Source: a virus (lineage: Duplodnaviria; Caudoviricetes). From it: a DNA stretch of 57,190 bases. The stretch covers positions 1-57,190 of the IMG/VR virus record IMGVR_UViG_3300037420_000354. One strand, written 5' to 3'. Made by a program: the position numbers and the translations under genes. A model generated the notes under the pieces. It was not told the origin of the DNA. It saw only the letters and a list, made by a program, of their open reading frames with translations, and ran no database searches. Shown in pieces: positions 9,274-17,203 of the stretch. Within the stretch, counting starts at the first letter, position 1; each line of letters begins with the position of its first letter.

Positions 9274-10175
9274 CGGTGGCTGAGGTTCTCGGGACATACG
9301 CGAAAATACGCGGTGCCGAGGTAAAGCGTCCTAAGGAGTTCGCATCACGTATCGGGAAGCTGCTGGACTTCTGGGGGGAGAAGACGCTGGACGATATCAG
9401 CACCAGCACATGCACCGATTACGCAAACCAAAGATCAACGCCGAACGCAGCTCGTCGTGAATTGGAGGACTTGCGCGCCGCTTGCGTAATGGCCATCGCA
9501 GACAATATTTGCAGGGACTCAGTTATCGTCACCCTGCCGCCGAAGCCTAAAGGTCGCGTGAAGCATCTGGGACGCTCTGAGGTGGCAAAGCTAGTCCTAA
9601 CCGCATATCGCAAGACACACACGCCGCATCGTGCCAATAGCCCTGTAAAGACGTCAGTGCATATCGCCAGGTTCATCCTGATTGCGCTTTATACCGGCAG
9701 CCGGTCTGGCCGTGTTTGGCAGGCATCGTTTCAAAAAGAAGAAGGTCGGCCGTTCATCGATTTAGAGGGAGGCGTGTTCTATCGGTCCTGGGATGACGAG
9801 TCCGTGGCGAAGAACAAGCAGGCGCCTCCGATACGGCTACCGCGCCGCATTCTCGCCCATATGCGCCGCTGGCATCGGCTCGGGGCAAAGTATGCTGTCG
9901 AATACCGCGGCAAACCAGCCGATCCGAAGAGAGCATTTGGCAATCTCGTGGATGAGGTTTTCGGTGAAGAGGCTCCCGTCGTGCGGCACACTCTGCGGCA
10001 TACAGCTGCAACGTGGCTCATGCAGGCAGGGACAGAAATGTGGGAAGCCGCCGGCTACCTCGGCATGACGAAAGAGACGTTGGAAAATACGTATGGCCAT
10101 CATCACCCCGACCACCAGTCTGGGGTTGACAACGCGTTCACTTCCGGCAAGGCGGGCAAAAAACCACGGCAATGA
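9063..10175 (+). CDS. int: tyrosine recombinase / phage integrase
   Basis: ALYTGSR (R), HTLRHTAATW (HxxR) and TYGHH (Y) catalytic motifs; att core just downstream. Confidence 0.93.
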   Translation: MPRAKLPARLWLRPADENRSAVWIIIDGGKQTSTGFGLGDREQAEGELAKYLANKFSEKPKTKHRSASEVTVAEVLGTYAKIRGAEVKRPKEFASRIGKLLDFWGEKTLDDISTSTCTDYANQRSTPNAARRELEDLRAACVMAIADNICRDSVIVTLPPKPKGRVKHLGRSEVAKLVLTAYRKTHTPHRANSPVKTSVHIARFILIALYTGSRSGRVWQASFQKEEGRPFIDLEGGVFYRSWDDESVAKNKQAPPIRLPRRILAHMRRWHRLGAKYAVEYRGKPADPKRAFGNLVDEVFGEEAPVVRHTLRHTAATWLMQAGTEMWEAAGYLGMTKETLENTYGHHHPDHQSGVDNAFTSGKAGKKPRQ

Positions 10176-10353
10176 TTGCCAATTTTTGAGCGGAACAAAT
10201 CATGTTTGTTCATGGACAATGCGATACAAAAATGGTAGAAAAAACAATGCCAACACGCAAATCAACAATGTTCGGGACGAGGGGGTCGCGTGTTCGAATC
10301 ACGCCACTCCGACCAGTTTTCCCGAGTTACGGCAATGATTGCGGCAACGATTG
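10166..10353. repeat. putative integrase arm-type sites: ACGGCAATGATTGC at 10166-10179 and 10329-10342, plus CGGCAACGATTG at 10342-10353
   Basis: exact 14-bp direct repeat on both sides of the att core. Confidence 0.6.
10270..10315 (+). other. attP core = 3' half of tRNA-Pro(CGG)
   Basis: GTTCGGGACGAGGGGGTCGCGTGTTCGAATCACGCCACTCCGACCA: anticodon loop TTCGGGA, T arm, acceptor strand and CCA; no 5' half upstream. Confidence 0.88.
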
Positions 10354-10379
10354 GAATTTTAGCCAATTGGGAGGCTGCA

Positions 10380-11036
10380 GTGCCCGTTAGCATCATAAGC
10401 TTCAGCGGTTCGTCCTCCTCGATCTTTGGTATCCCGGTATACGGACGCCGAAGCGAGGAATGGTGGTTCAAGGCGCTCCTGCGCCCGATCTGGAAGGCTG
10501 CCCACAAGATGCACCGTGGGCTGATGTGGCTGCGGTATCGCTTAGTCAAGCGCCACAAGTATCATTTGATCGATACGCGCCTTCCTCCACACTATTACGA
10601 TATCGACACCCTCATGCTGCACGGCATGTTCTCATTGCTGCGCCGATATGTCGAGGACGAGCACGAAGGCGTTGACGCTCTCGAAAAGTGGGGGCGAGAA
10701 CTGGTTGGCGTGGATAAACGGGACTTCATGATGGAGGCAACTCAGCGCCAGGGCAACAAGGAACTCGAAGCCGTCGCGCTCTATCGCTGGTGGACAGAAT
10801 CCCTGCCTGCGATGGAGAAGCGGAAGGACGAGCTAATGTCGTCCCTCTATGGACGGGATCGCATTCAGTTCAATCCGGTTGCTGGTGGCGAACTCTTCGA
10901 GTTGAGCATGACGCCGTTCGAGGGCGATGAGGTGGCAATGGAGGCAGAAATGCGCGCGCTGGAGGATCGCATCGACCGTGAAGAGCAGGAGATGCTTCAT
11001 CGTTTGATCGATACCAGGCGCGCGCTTTGGACGTGA
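10380..11036 (+). CDS. hypothetical phage protein
   Basis: GTG start after GGAGG; the longer ORF would overlap the att core. Confidence 0.65.
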   Translation: MPVSIISFSGSSSSIFGIPVYGRRSEEWWFKALLRPIWKAAHKMHRGLMWLRYRLVKRHKYHLIDTRLPPHYYDIDTLMLHGMFSLLRRYVEDEHEGVDALEKWGRELVGVDKRDFMMEATQRQGNKELEAVALYRWWTESLPAMEKRKDELMSSLYGRDRIQFNPVAGGELFELSMTPFEGDEVAMEAEMRALEDRIDREEQEMLHRLIDTRRALWT

Positions 11037-11168
11037 GCCAGGTTCGAGCATCGGATTTTCAATCCGGCCCTATCCGAGCGATTTCAACGCGGTAGAGCGG
11101 GATTGGTGGCAAACTGCCGTTCGATGGTCAATAGCTTAGAAGCGAGATGTCAAACTAAGAGGCATGTT

Positions 11169-11414
11169 ATGAATAATGACCAAACGTTTAATTTTCAGTC
11201 CCCTGAATTCTCTCTTGGGGCACAGATTGGCTTAGCCGAAGCAATGTCAATTATCGATGGCTGCGTAGGATGGATAGGCGTTGAATCTGATGACTACGAA
11301 AAACTTTGCCTTCGGTTGAGGACAGATGCTTACGAAATTCGCAACCGCAGAGATTTCTACAAGCGAAGGCTAAACGATGCGGCCGCGTCTGACGTGTTTA
11401 GATCAATTGGTTAG
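11169..11414 (+). CDS. hypothetical protein
   Basis: GAGG SD before ATG 11169. Confidence 0.5.
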   Translation: MNNDQTFNFQSPEFSLGAQIGLAEAMSIIDGCVGWIGVESDDYEKLCLRLRTDAYEIRNRRDFYKRRLNDAAASDVFRSIG

Positions 11415-11443
11415 CAGGAACATATCAAACTGGAGAGGCGGTA

Positions 11444-11737
11444 ATGCGAGCAGACATTAGACTGGCAATGATCTTAGAAAACATACAAACGGGAGTTCGC
11501 GTCGTCCGCTGCCTGGATGTGGATTCACGCGAGGCCGATATTAATCTGAATATCGAAAAGCCGTTTCTGGCTGGCTTCGAGAATATGGCGGGAGCGATGA
11601 AGGCTCGTGAGCGTAGGCGCGAGATCATCGAGCGGTTTGCAGCGTCTTTCGTGGATTATCTCAATGACCGTGATGGCTGGAATGGCGAGCGGCGGCGGGC
11701 TCTCATTGAGGATTTGGAGGCGCCCCATGCGCGCTAA
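11444..11737 (+). CDS. hypothetical protein
   Basis: GGAGAGG SD. Confidence 0.55.
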   Translation: MRADIRLAMILENIQTGVRVVRCLDVDSREADINLNIEKPFLAGFENMAGAMKARERRREIIERFAASFVDYLNDRDGWNGERRRALIEDLEAPHAR

Positions 11738-11903
11738 ATACGAACTGACCGAAGAAGAGATCGAGGAGGCAATAGCCGCCTTTGTCAATGCCAAGACTGG
11801 CGGGGATTTTAAGCCCGATGATGTCCATCTTCATGCCGAACAGCGGCGCGGGCAATTTGACCAGCCGGAGTACGGCCATACGATTACGGCCACAGTCGGA
11901 TAG
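11727..11903 (+). CDS. small hypothetical protein
   Basis: GGAGG SD before ATG 11727. Confidence 0.55.
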   Translation: MRAKYELTEEEIEEAIAAFVNAKTGGDFKPDDVHLHAEQRRGQFDQPEYGHTITATVG

Positions 11904-11913
11904 GAGGTGTGAA

Positions 11914-12837
11914 ATGATGGATAAGACATGCTTCGACGCCTACGATGAGGGCAAGAAGGATGGAGAGCAGGCAGGGTTCGCTTGGGCCATAAAGGAATTC
12001 GGGCGTCCGGACGGGGCCTTTGATGTCGCCAAGATGCGCGCATGGATGGGTTCCAACGAGAAGGAACTAAGGGAGACGAACTCCAATATCCAGAAATTGG
12101 AGAAGGCTCGCGCTGCTCTGGATCGTCTGCTCAAGGTGGCAGACGGATCAACATGCGACCCCTTCATCAACTGCGACACCGTTGCATCGATGCGAGGCAA
12201 GATTCGATCCGAATTTCTTGCGGGACAGCCGAAGCCGAATGAAACCGCCATGCTGAGCAAATTCAAAACTAGCATGTGGTTTGATTTCAGAAAGATGCAG
12301 ATCAAAAGCGACGGCGACATGGCCGCTTTTGGGAAGGAGATTATTGAGGCAGGGCTAGCAAAGTTGCCATTTGATACATGCGTGTTTTCGTTCCCGCATT
12401 TGTCGCCAACGGGCGTAAAGGTGAGCGCCAATTATCTGCTTCAACAATTGGATCGAAAGATTGTCGTTTATGGTGGGTTCTTCTTCGGCTCTGGAAAGCC
12501 GATCGGCTACTGCGCTCCTGATGGTGTAGAGCCAAGAGAGCCTGTCTACTACGCGCTCGCGGTCCTCGCATCAAGGCAGACGGTGAAGACGCCGCGAGCA
12601 TTGACCGGAAAGGGCTCGCCATCTTCTTCGCGTCCAAGTGATAGCTATGTAGAAGTGACCGTGTCGTGGCGAGAACGTTCGGATTTTACCAGCGTCGGCA
12701 CGCATGCTTCACCGCGGCTGCATTGGCGCCGGGGGCATATTCGTCATCTATCTGATCGAACGACTTGGGTCAGGCCGACGCTGGTAGGCGGAGACGAAGG
12801 TGGCACAGTTTTGCACGACTATAGGGTTAAGTCATGA
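11914..12837 (+). CDS. phage protein with C-terminal HASPRLHWRRGH-type basic motif
   Basis: AGGAGGT SD; SPRxHxRRGHxR...WVRPTLVG motif recurrent in phage proteins of unknown function. Confidence 0.65.
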   Translation: MMDKTCFDAYDEGKKDGEQAGFAWAIKEFGRPDGAFDVAKMRAWMGSNEKELRETNSNIQKLEKARAALDRLLKVADGSTCDPFINCDTVASMRGKIRSEFLAGQPKPNETAMLSKFKTSMWFDFRKMQIKSDGDMAAFGKEIIEAGLAKLPFDTCVFSFPHLSPTGVKVSANYLLQQLDRKIVVYGGFFFGSGKPIGYCAPDGVEPREPVYYALAVLASRQTVKTPRALTGKGSPSSSRPSDSYVEVTVSWRERSDFTSVGTHASPRLHWRRGHIRHLSDRTTWVRPTLVGGDEGGTVLHDYRVKS

Positions 12838-12947
12838 GATTTCGCCGCGACAGCGAGATAATCTGGACCATTGTCCTCTCGCCATTCCTAGCGATTGTGT
12901 GGCTGTGGTACTGGTGGCGGGAGAGAAAGACGGAGAACGAGGAATGA
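12834..12947 (+). CDS. 37-aa single-TM protein (not in ORF track)
   Basis: MRFRRDSEIIWTIVLSPFLAIVWLWYWWRERKTENEE; ATGA overlaps at both ends. Confidence 0.5.
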   Translation: MRFRRDSEIIWTIVLSPFLAIVWLWYWWRERKTENEE

Positions 12948-13180
12948 CAACGATGATTGAGCGCGTGGCAAATGCTATGGACGAATGCCCAGAATGGCCT
13001 GCCAAGACATACAGAAACCGCGTGGCGCAAGCCGCAATCGAAGCCATGCGCGAGCCGACCGATTTGATGGGGTGCTGCCTGCCTCAGGGGTATAAAGCCG
13101 GTTCCCACAGCGCAACCCAGATTTGGCGCGCTATGATTGATGCGGCATTGAATGAAAGTAAATGGGCGCCGACGTCATGA
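12944..13180 (+). CDS. hypothetical protein (MIERVA...AAIEAMREPT...WRAMIDAAL family)
   Basis: motif common in alphaproteobacterial phages. Confidence 0.65.
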   Translation: MTTMIERVANAMDECPEWPAKTYRNRVAQAAIEAMREPTDLMGCCLPQGYKAGSHSATQIWRAMIDAALNESKWAPTS

Positions 13181-13344
13181 CGGTCGGTACTCCCCGCACC
13201 AAGGCAAAGCGCCTCCTGGACGAGCTTGTCGGCCTCGCCATGATGATCGGCAGCGGCGACACGTCGAAGGAAACAGCAGACGCCGTGAGCCGGCTGAAGC
13301 GGGAGATATTGGAACTGGTGGGGAAGCGAGGAACAGGAAAATGA
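13177..13344 (+). CDS. small hypothetical protein
   Basis: ATGA overlaps. Confidence 0.45.
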   Translation: MTVGTPRTKAKRLLDELVGLAMMIGSGDTSKETADAVSRLKREILELVGKRGTGK

Positions 13345-13778
13345 AATACCTTCTGCTAAGATATCATCGAGACGACGTGCCGCTCTATTTCGTAATCGAA
13401 TGGGAGCATGAAGGGCAATACGCGACAGCAAAACATGTCAAGTTTACGCTGGAGGAACACAGCTGCCCAACAAATTGGATAGGCCAGACCAAAGCTATAA
13501 TTGACGAGGGCGAAGGAGACCCTCATGGGTTTCTCCAGTTTGTAAAAATTATAGACGCTCCAGTGGACGAGGAAGACATTGATCTTCAAGAGCTTTTCCC
13601 TGAGGCATATCAGAAAGCTGGTGAGGAGATAGCTGATCGGCAAGGCGCAATGATTGCTGCGTTGGAAAGAGCACAAAGAAAAAACTTGAGCCAGATCGCG
13701 GCATTATTGCAGGTCTGCACTGATAACGGCCTGCGTGACAAAGCGCTTGAGGCAATCAAGTCTCTAGCAGAAGAATGA
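13341..13778 (+). CDS. hypothetical protein (EEHSCPTNW...DPHG motif)
   Basis: ATGA overlap; AGGA SD. Confidence 0.6.
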   Translation: MKYLLLRYHRDDVPLYFVIEWEHEGQYATAKHVKFTLEEHSCPTNWIGQTKAIIDEGEGDPHGFLQFVKIIDAPVDEEDIDLQELFPEAYQKAGEEIADRQGAMIAALERAQRKNLSQIAALLQVCTDNGLRDKALEAIKSLAEE

Positions 13779-14029
13779 CCCGCGAACGCCAACTGAAATA
13801 CGAATGGCGCCGCACCTGGCCCGATAAGCTGGAAGACTTTACCGGCTGGGATGGAGATTGGCAAATCGGCCGCGTTCACCGCCATCACCTGGGCAATTGG
13901 CTTTGGACGATGTATTTCGATGCTGGCGGGCCGGTAGAGATCAGCGTGAACGGTGCCAACGACGACAAGATGGGCGCCTGCAAGGATGTCGAAGCGGCAT
14001 ACGATGCTGAAAAGGAGAAAAGGAGATGA
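13775..14029 (+). CDS. hypothetical protein
   Basis: coupled. Confidence 0.6.
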   Translation: MTRERQLKYEWRRTWPDKLEDFTGWDGDWQIGRVHRHHLGNWLWTMYFDAGGPVEISVNGANDDKMGACKDVEAAYDAEKEKRR

Positions 14030-14268
14030 CGACGACAAAGCAGGAAATTAGTGGCTGGTTCGATCGCGGCGTAGCTGAAGGAGCCACGCATATGGTCGTG
14101 GTCTGCGACACTTACGATTGGGAAGACTATCCGGTCTTCGTAAGATCGCCAGAAGAGGCAAAACGCCAGTTCCAGGACCGATCCAATATGCAGAAGGGCA
14201 TGGAGGTATACAATCTCTCAATGCCAAAGGACGAGCAGTTGAGCGAGCGCCGTTGCGTCCGATATTGA
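14026..14268 (+). CDS. hypothetical protein (GATHMVVVCDTYDWEDYPV family)
   Basis: AAGGAG SD; coupled. Confidence 0.65.
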   Translation: MTTTKQEISGWFDRGVAEGATHMVVVCDTYDWEDYPVFVRSPEEAKRQFQDRSNMQKGMEVYNLSMPKDEQLSERRCVRY

Positions 14269-14271
14269 GCC

Positions 14272-14601
14272 TTAGTCCTGCGGTCGAGCCACCCGAAGCG
14301 CACGGAAGAAGTTTACATTCCCCTTCTTATCCGTCACAGCTTCAATATTGACCCACGATGGCATAAGCCCAGCGTCATGCATCTCGACACAGCAAACGGC
14401 AAATCTGGCCTTGATGGCGTTGTTGATCGCCTTCTTGGCCTCTTCTTCCTTCTCGTTTTTGATCCGGTCCCGTTCGGCTTTGGCCATTTCCATTTCGGAC
14501 CAGCGCCGCTCAAACTCGGCGTCGGGGAGTTCCAATAACTCAGGCCGGAGCTTTGATACGTCCGTCACTTCGACGCGCTTCTTGTCTTCTAAGATCGCCA
14601 T
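14272..14601 (-). CDS. hypothetical coiled-coil protein, antisense to the early operon
   Basis: GGAGGG SD on the minus strand; fills the gap between + genes. Confidence 0.6.
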   Translation of the reverse strand: MAILEDKKRVEVTDVSKLRPELLELPDAEFERRWSEMEMAKAERDRIKNEKEEEAKKAINNAIKARFAVCCVEMHDAGLMPSWVNIEAVTDKKGNVNFFRALRVARPQD

Positions 14602-14674
14602 GGTTTCCCTCCCGGTTGTTATGGTAGTGAAAGCATGGCGAGGATGGTAGAGTCAATCAGGAAAGGAAAACACG

Positions 14675-14905
14675 ATGACGACCTATTACCAATGCGAACT
14701 ATCCCAAGGCACCGGCCGCACCCGCGGTTACATCGAAGATCGCGGCGCAAAGGTTGGCGCTATGGTGGAAATCAAGGACAATGGCTTTAATGGCATCTGG
14801 CGGGTTGACGCTGTATCTGAGACCGGGATTTCCGAGGAGAAGATGCGTGCTGATCAGCAGATGAACCGGAATGCGTTCGGTTCCATCGAGCCAATGCGTG
14901 GCTGA
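14675..14905 (+). CDS. hypothetical protein
   Basis: AAGGA SD. Confidence 0.6.
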   Translation: MTTYYQCELSQGTGRTRGYIEDRGAKVGAMVEIKDNGFNGIWRVDAVSETGISEEKMRADQQMNRNAFGSIEPMRG

Positions 14906-14958
14906 CAACGACAATTGGGAACACGCTTGAGAGTTTTATCGAAATATAGTACAAAAGG

Positions 14959-15024
14959 CGAGCGCGCGTGGTGTCTCACCACCACTGCGCGCTCTAACCA
15001 AGCCCAACCTGTTAGGAGGTTAAG
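14959..15024 (+). promoter_or_regulatory. structured leader shared with the HNH gene at 26079; SD-occluding hairpin AACCT-GTTAGG-AGGTT
   Basis: 18-nt identity CGCGCTCTAACCAAGCCC with 26042-26059 at the same distance from ATG. Confidence 0.55.
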
Positions 15025-15420
15025 ATGGCTGGTGTTACCGTACGCGCGGAATCCTTCCCAAGCAAGGAAGAGATCGAAAAGTTCTGGTCTAAGGTCCGGA
15101 AAGATGGGCATCCTAATGGATGCTGGGAGTGGACGGGCAAGCCCAGCGATGGTTATGGATATTTCTTCTCGAAGCACTTTGGTAAGTCTATTAGGGCTCA
15201 CCGTTTTTCATTCTATCTGGAGCATGGCGAATTGCCTAAATGGCATCCGCATGAACCGATTGGCATTCTTCATAGGTGCGACAATCGGCTTTGCGTCAAT
15301 AATCGCCATCTATTCGCCGGCACTCAAATGGAAAACATGCATGATATGATTGCCAAACAGCGACACAGGCCGCACGGGCAAGTCAAAATTCTCACAGAAT
15401 ATACCTGTGTGGATTCGTGA
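15025..15420 (+). CDS. HNH homing endonuclease (HNH_3 type)
   Basis: FWSKV..GCWEWTG..GYG..RAHRFS...[23 protein letters not shown]. Confidence 0.9.
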   Translation: MAGVTVRAESFPSKEEIEKFWSKVRKDGHPNGCWEWTGKPSDGYGYFFSKHFGKSIRAHRFSFYLEHGELPKWHPHEPIGILHRCDNRLCVNNRHLFAGTQMENMHDMIAKQRHRPHGQVKILTEYTCVDS

Positions 15421-15425
15421 GATAA

Positions 15426-15457
15426 GTTGCAAATCGCAACGTTCTATGTTTTATAGA
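15426..15457 (+). promoter_or_regulatory. putative promoter of the Y RNA/Ro60 operon with overlapping palindrome GTTGC-AAATC-GCAAC
   Basis: TTGCAA (-35-like) and TTATAG (-10-like) just upstream of the first RNA; inverted repeat 15426-15440. Confidence 0.4.
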
Positions 15458-15461
15458 GCAT

Positions 15462-15535
15462 GCCAATCGTGGTGAAGGTTGCAGCTACTTCTCTTGAAAA
15501 GACCGTGACGCTGCAGTCGCTTGTTCCCGAATGGT
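15462..15535 (+). ncRNA. Y RNA-like RNA 1 (short, no tRNA-like domain)
   Basis: terminal stem CCAATCG/CGAATGG; G-TGGTGAAG...TCGCTTGTTCC-C bulged motif shared with RNAs 2 and 3; upstream of Ro60. Confidence 0.7.
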
Positions 15536-15538
15536 TTG

Positions 15539-15686
15539 AAACTGCATGGCGTGGCGTAGAAGCCGAGTTCATCGATTTGTAATCGAGAGGTCGCCGGTTC
15601 GAATCCGGTCGGGTGGCAACACTCGTAGCTCAGTTGGATAGAGCGCTGAAAAGCTCTCGACTTTGCCTGTTCCCGCCATGCAGTTT
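15539..15686 (+). ncRNA. Y RNA-like RNA 2 (YrlA-type, permuted tRNA-like domain)
   Basis: 13-bp terminal stem AAACTGCATGGCG/CGCCATGCAGTTT; T arm GCCGG-TTCGAAT-CCGGT, acceptor-like stem closed by GCAA, then D arm GCTC-AGTTGGATA-GAGC. Confidence 0.85.
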
Positions 15687-15702
15687 TATCCATTCGGCTT
15701 CA

Positions 15703-15873
15703 TGCCAGCCATTTGGTGAATGCGTGGCGTAGAGAATTCGGTTACTTCGCTTTGGGAGCCGTAGGTCGTTGGTTCAAATCCAACAGGTCCGGTAATCGGA
15801 CCTTAGCTCAGCCTGGTAGAGCAACGTCAATGTACCGTTCTCGCTTTTTCCCGCATTCTCCTGATGGCTGGCA
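15703..15873 (+). ncRNA. Y RNA-like RNA 3 (YrlA-type, permuted tRNA-like domain)
   Basis: terminal stem TGCCAGCCAT/ATGGCTGGCA; T arm GTTGG-TTCAAAT-CCAAC, stem AGGTCCG-GTAAT-CGGACCT, D arm GCTC-AGCCTGGTA-GAGC. Confidence 0.85.
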
Positions 15874-15892
15874 ATCGTCAAAGGAGCCGATA

Positions 15893-17203
15893 ATGCGCAT
15901 CAATACCGCAGCAGCCATTCCCAAGATTTACACCCATGAGGGTGCCGTGGCGAAGCATATTTCGCCCGAGCAGGAACTTCGCCGTTCCGTTCTCTCCTGC
16001 CTCTTGTGGGAGGACAGCTTTTATGAATCCGGACAGGATATTGCCGCTCGCATTTCTGAGACGGCGGCAAAGTGCAGCACGGAATTTGTCTCATCGCTGG
16101 CAATCGAGGCTCGCAATGTTCATGGCCTCCGCCATGCTCCGTTGCTGCTTCTGCTTGATCTCATCCGCCGTGGCGGTGCCGGAGTTTCCGACACCATTGC
16201 GCAGACGATCCGCCGCGCCGACGAAATTGCCGAACTGGTCGCGATCTATTGGAAGGACGGCAAGAAGCCTCTTTCCAAGCAGATGAAGCTTGGCCTTGCC
16301 AAGGCGTTCGGGAAGTTCGGGGAATATCAGCTTGCGAAATACGATCGGGAAGGCGCTGTGCGTCTCCGTGACGTGCTGTTCCTCGCCCATCCCAAGCCGA
16401 AGGATGAAGAACAGGAAGCTTTGTTCAAGCGTGTTGCCGAGCGCCAGCTTGTCACGCCCGATACTTGGGAAGTCGCGCTTTCCGGCGGCGCGAACAAGAA
16501 GGAGACATTCGAACGGCTGATCAAAGAAAACAAACTCGGCTATCTCGCCCTGCTCCGAAACCTACGGAACATGATGGACGCCGGCTGTGATCGAGGGCTT
16601 GTCTCGGAAGCCATCATCGCGAGCAAGGGCGCCGAACTGGTTTTCCCGTTCCGCTATGTCGCGGCAGCGCGTGCATGCCCACAGCTTGAGCCGTACATTG
16701 ATCAGGCGCTTTGCGAGGCGGTTGCCTGCGGCCCTCGCCTGTCTGGCGTGACTGCCGTGCTGGTCGACGTGTCCGGATCGATGGATGCCAAGCTTTCCGG
16801 CAAGTCGGATATGAACCGGATTGACGCAGCGGCAGCGCTGGCTTCGGTAATCAACGGTGACGTTCGAATATTCAGCTTCTCGGAGAGGATCGCCGAAGTT
16901 CCGCCGCGCCGTGGCATGGCAGGGATTGACGCCATCCTGCGTTCACAGCCGCACAGCGGAACCTATCTCGGGGCTGCCGTGGCGTTCCTGAACCAGAACA
17001 TCAAGCATGATCGCCTGATCGTCATCACCGACGAGCAGAGTGCCGACCGAGTACCCGATCCGATCTGCAAGTCGGCCTTCATGATCAATGTCGCCGCCTA
17101 CAAGAATGGCGTTGGCTACGGCAAGTGGACGCACCTAGACGGCTTCTCGGAGTCAATCATCCGGTACATCACGGAAGTGGAAAATGCCGGAATTGTCGGG
17201 TGA
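15893..17203 (+). CDS. rsr: Ro60/Rsr TROVE-domain RNA-binding protein with vWA domain
   Basis: THEGAVA, LLWEDSFYE, EYQLAKY, LRDVLFLAHPKP, TWEVALS, ALLRNLRNM, PFRY; vWA MIDAS DVSGSM, ITDEQ; AAGGAG SD before ATG 15893. Confidence 0.93.
   Translation: MRINTAAAIPKIYTHEGAVAKHISPEQELRRSVLSCLLWEDSFYESGQDIAARISETAAKCSTEFVSSLAIEARNVHGLRHAPLLLLLDLIRRGGAGVSDTIAQTIRRADEIAELVAIYWKDGKKPLSKQMKLGLAKAFGKFGEYQLAKYDREGAVRLRDVLFLAHPKPKDEEQEALFKRVAERQLVTPDTWEVALSGGANKKETFERLIKENKLGYLALLRNLRNMMDAGCDRGLVSEAIIASKGAELVFPFRYVAAARACPQLEPYIDQALCEAVACGPRLSGVTAVLVDVSGSMDAKLSGKSDMNRIDAAAALASVINGDVRIFSFSERIAEVPPRRGMAGIDAILRSQPHSGTYLGAAVAFLNQNIKHDRLIVITDEQSADRVPDPICKSAFMINVAAYKNGVGYGKWTHLDGFSESIIRYITEVENAGIVG

Noticed and set aside
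10270-10315. Functional phage tRNA-Pro gene
   Set aside because: Only the 3' half is present; there is no D arm or 5' acceptor strand
15570-15830. Canonical tRNA-Thr and tRNA-Pro genes
   Set aside because: Arm order is T, acceptor, D with the acceptor closed by a loop and no CCA, so these are permuted Y-RNA domains
15462-15873. CRISPR-like repeat array
   Set aside because: Units share only short structural motifs, with no identical repeats, regular spacers or cas genes
15713-15892. 60-aa N-terminal extension of the Ro60 ORF in the ORF track
   Set aside because: It overlaps Y RNA 3; a strong SD precedes ATG 15893, where TROVE homology begins
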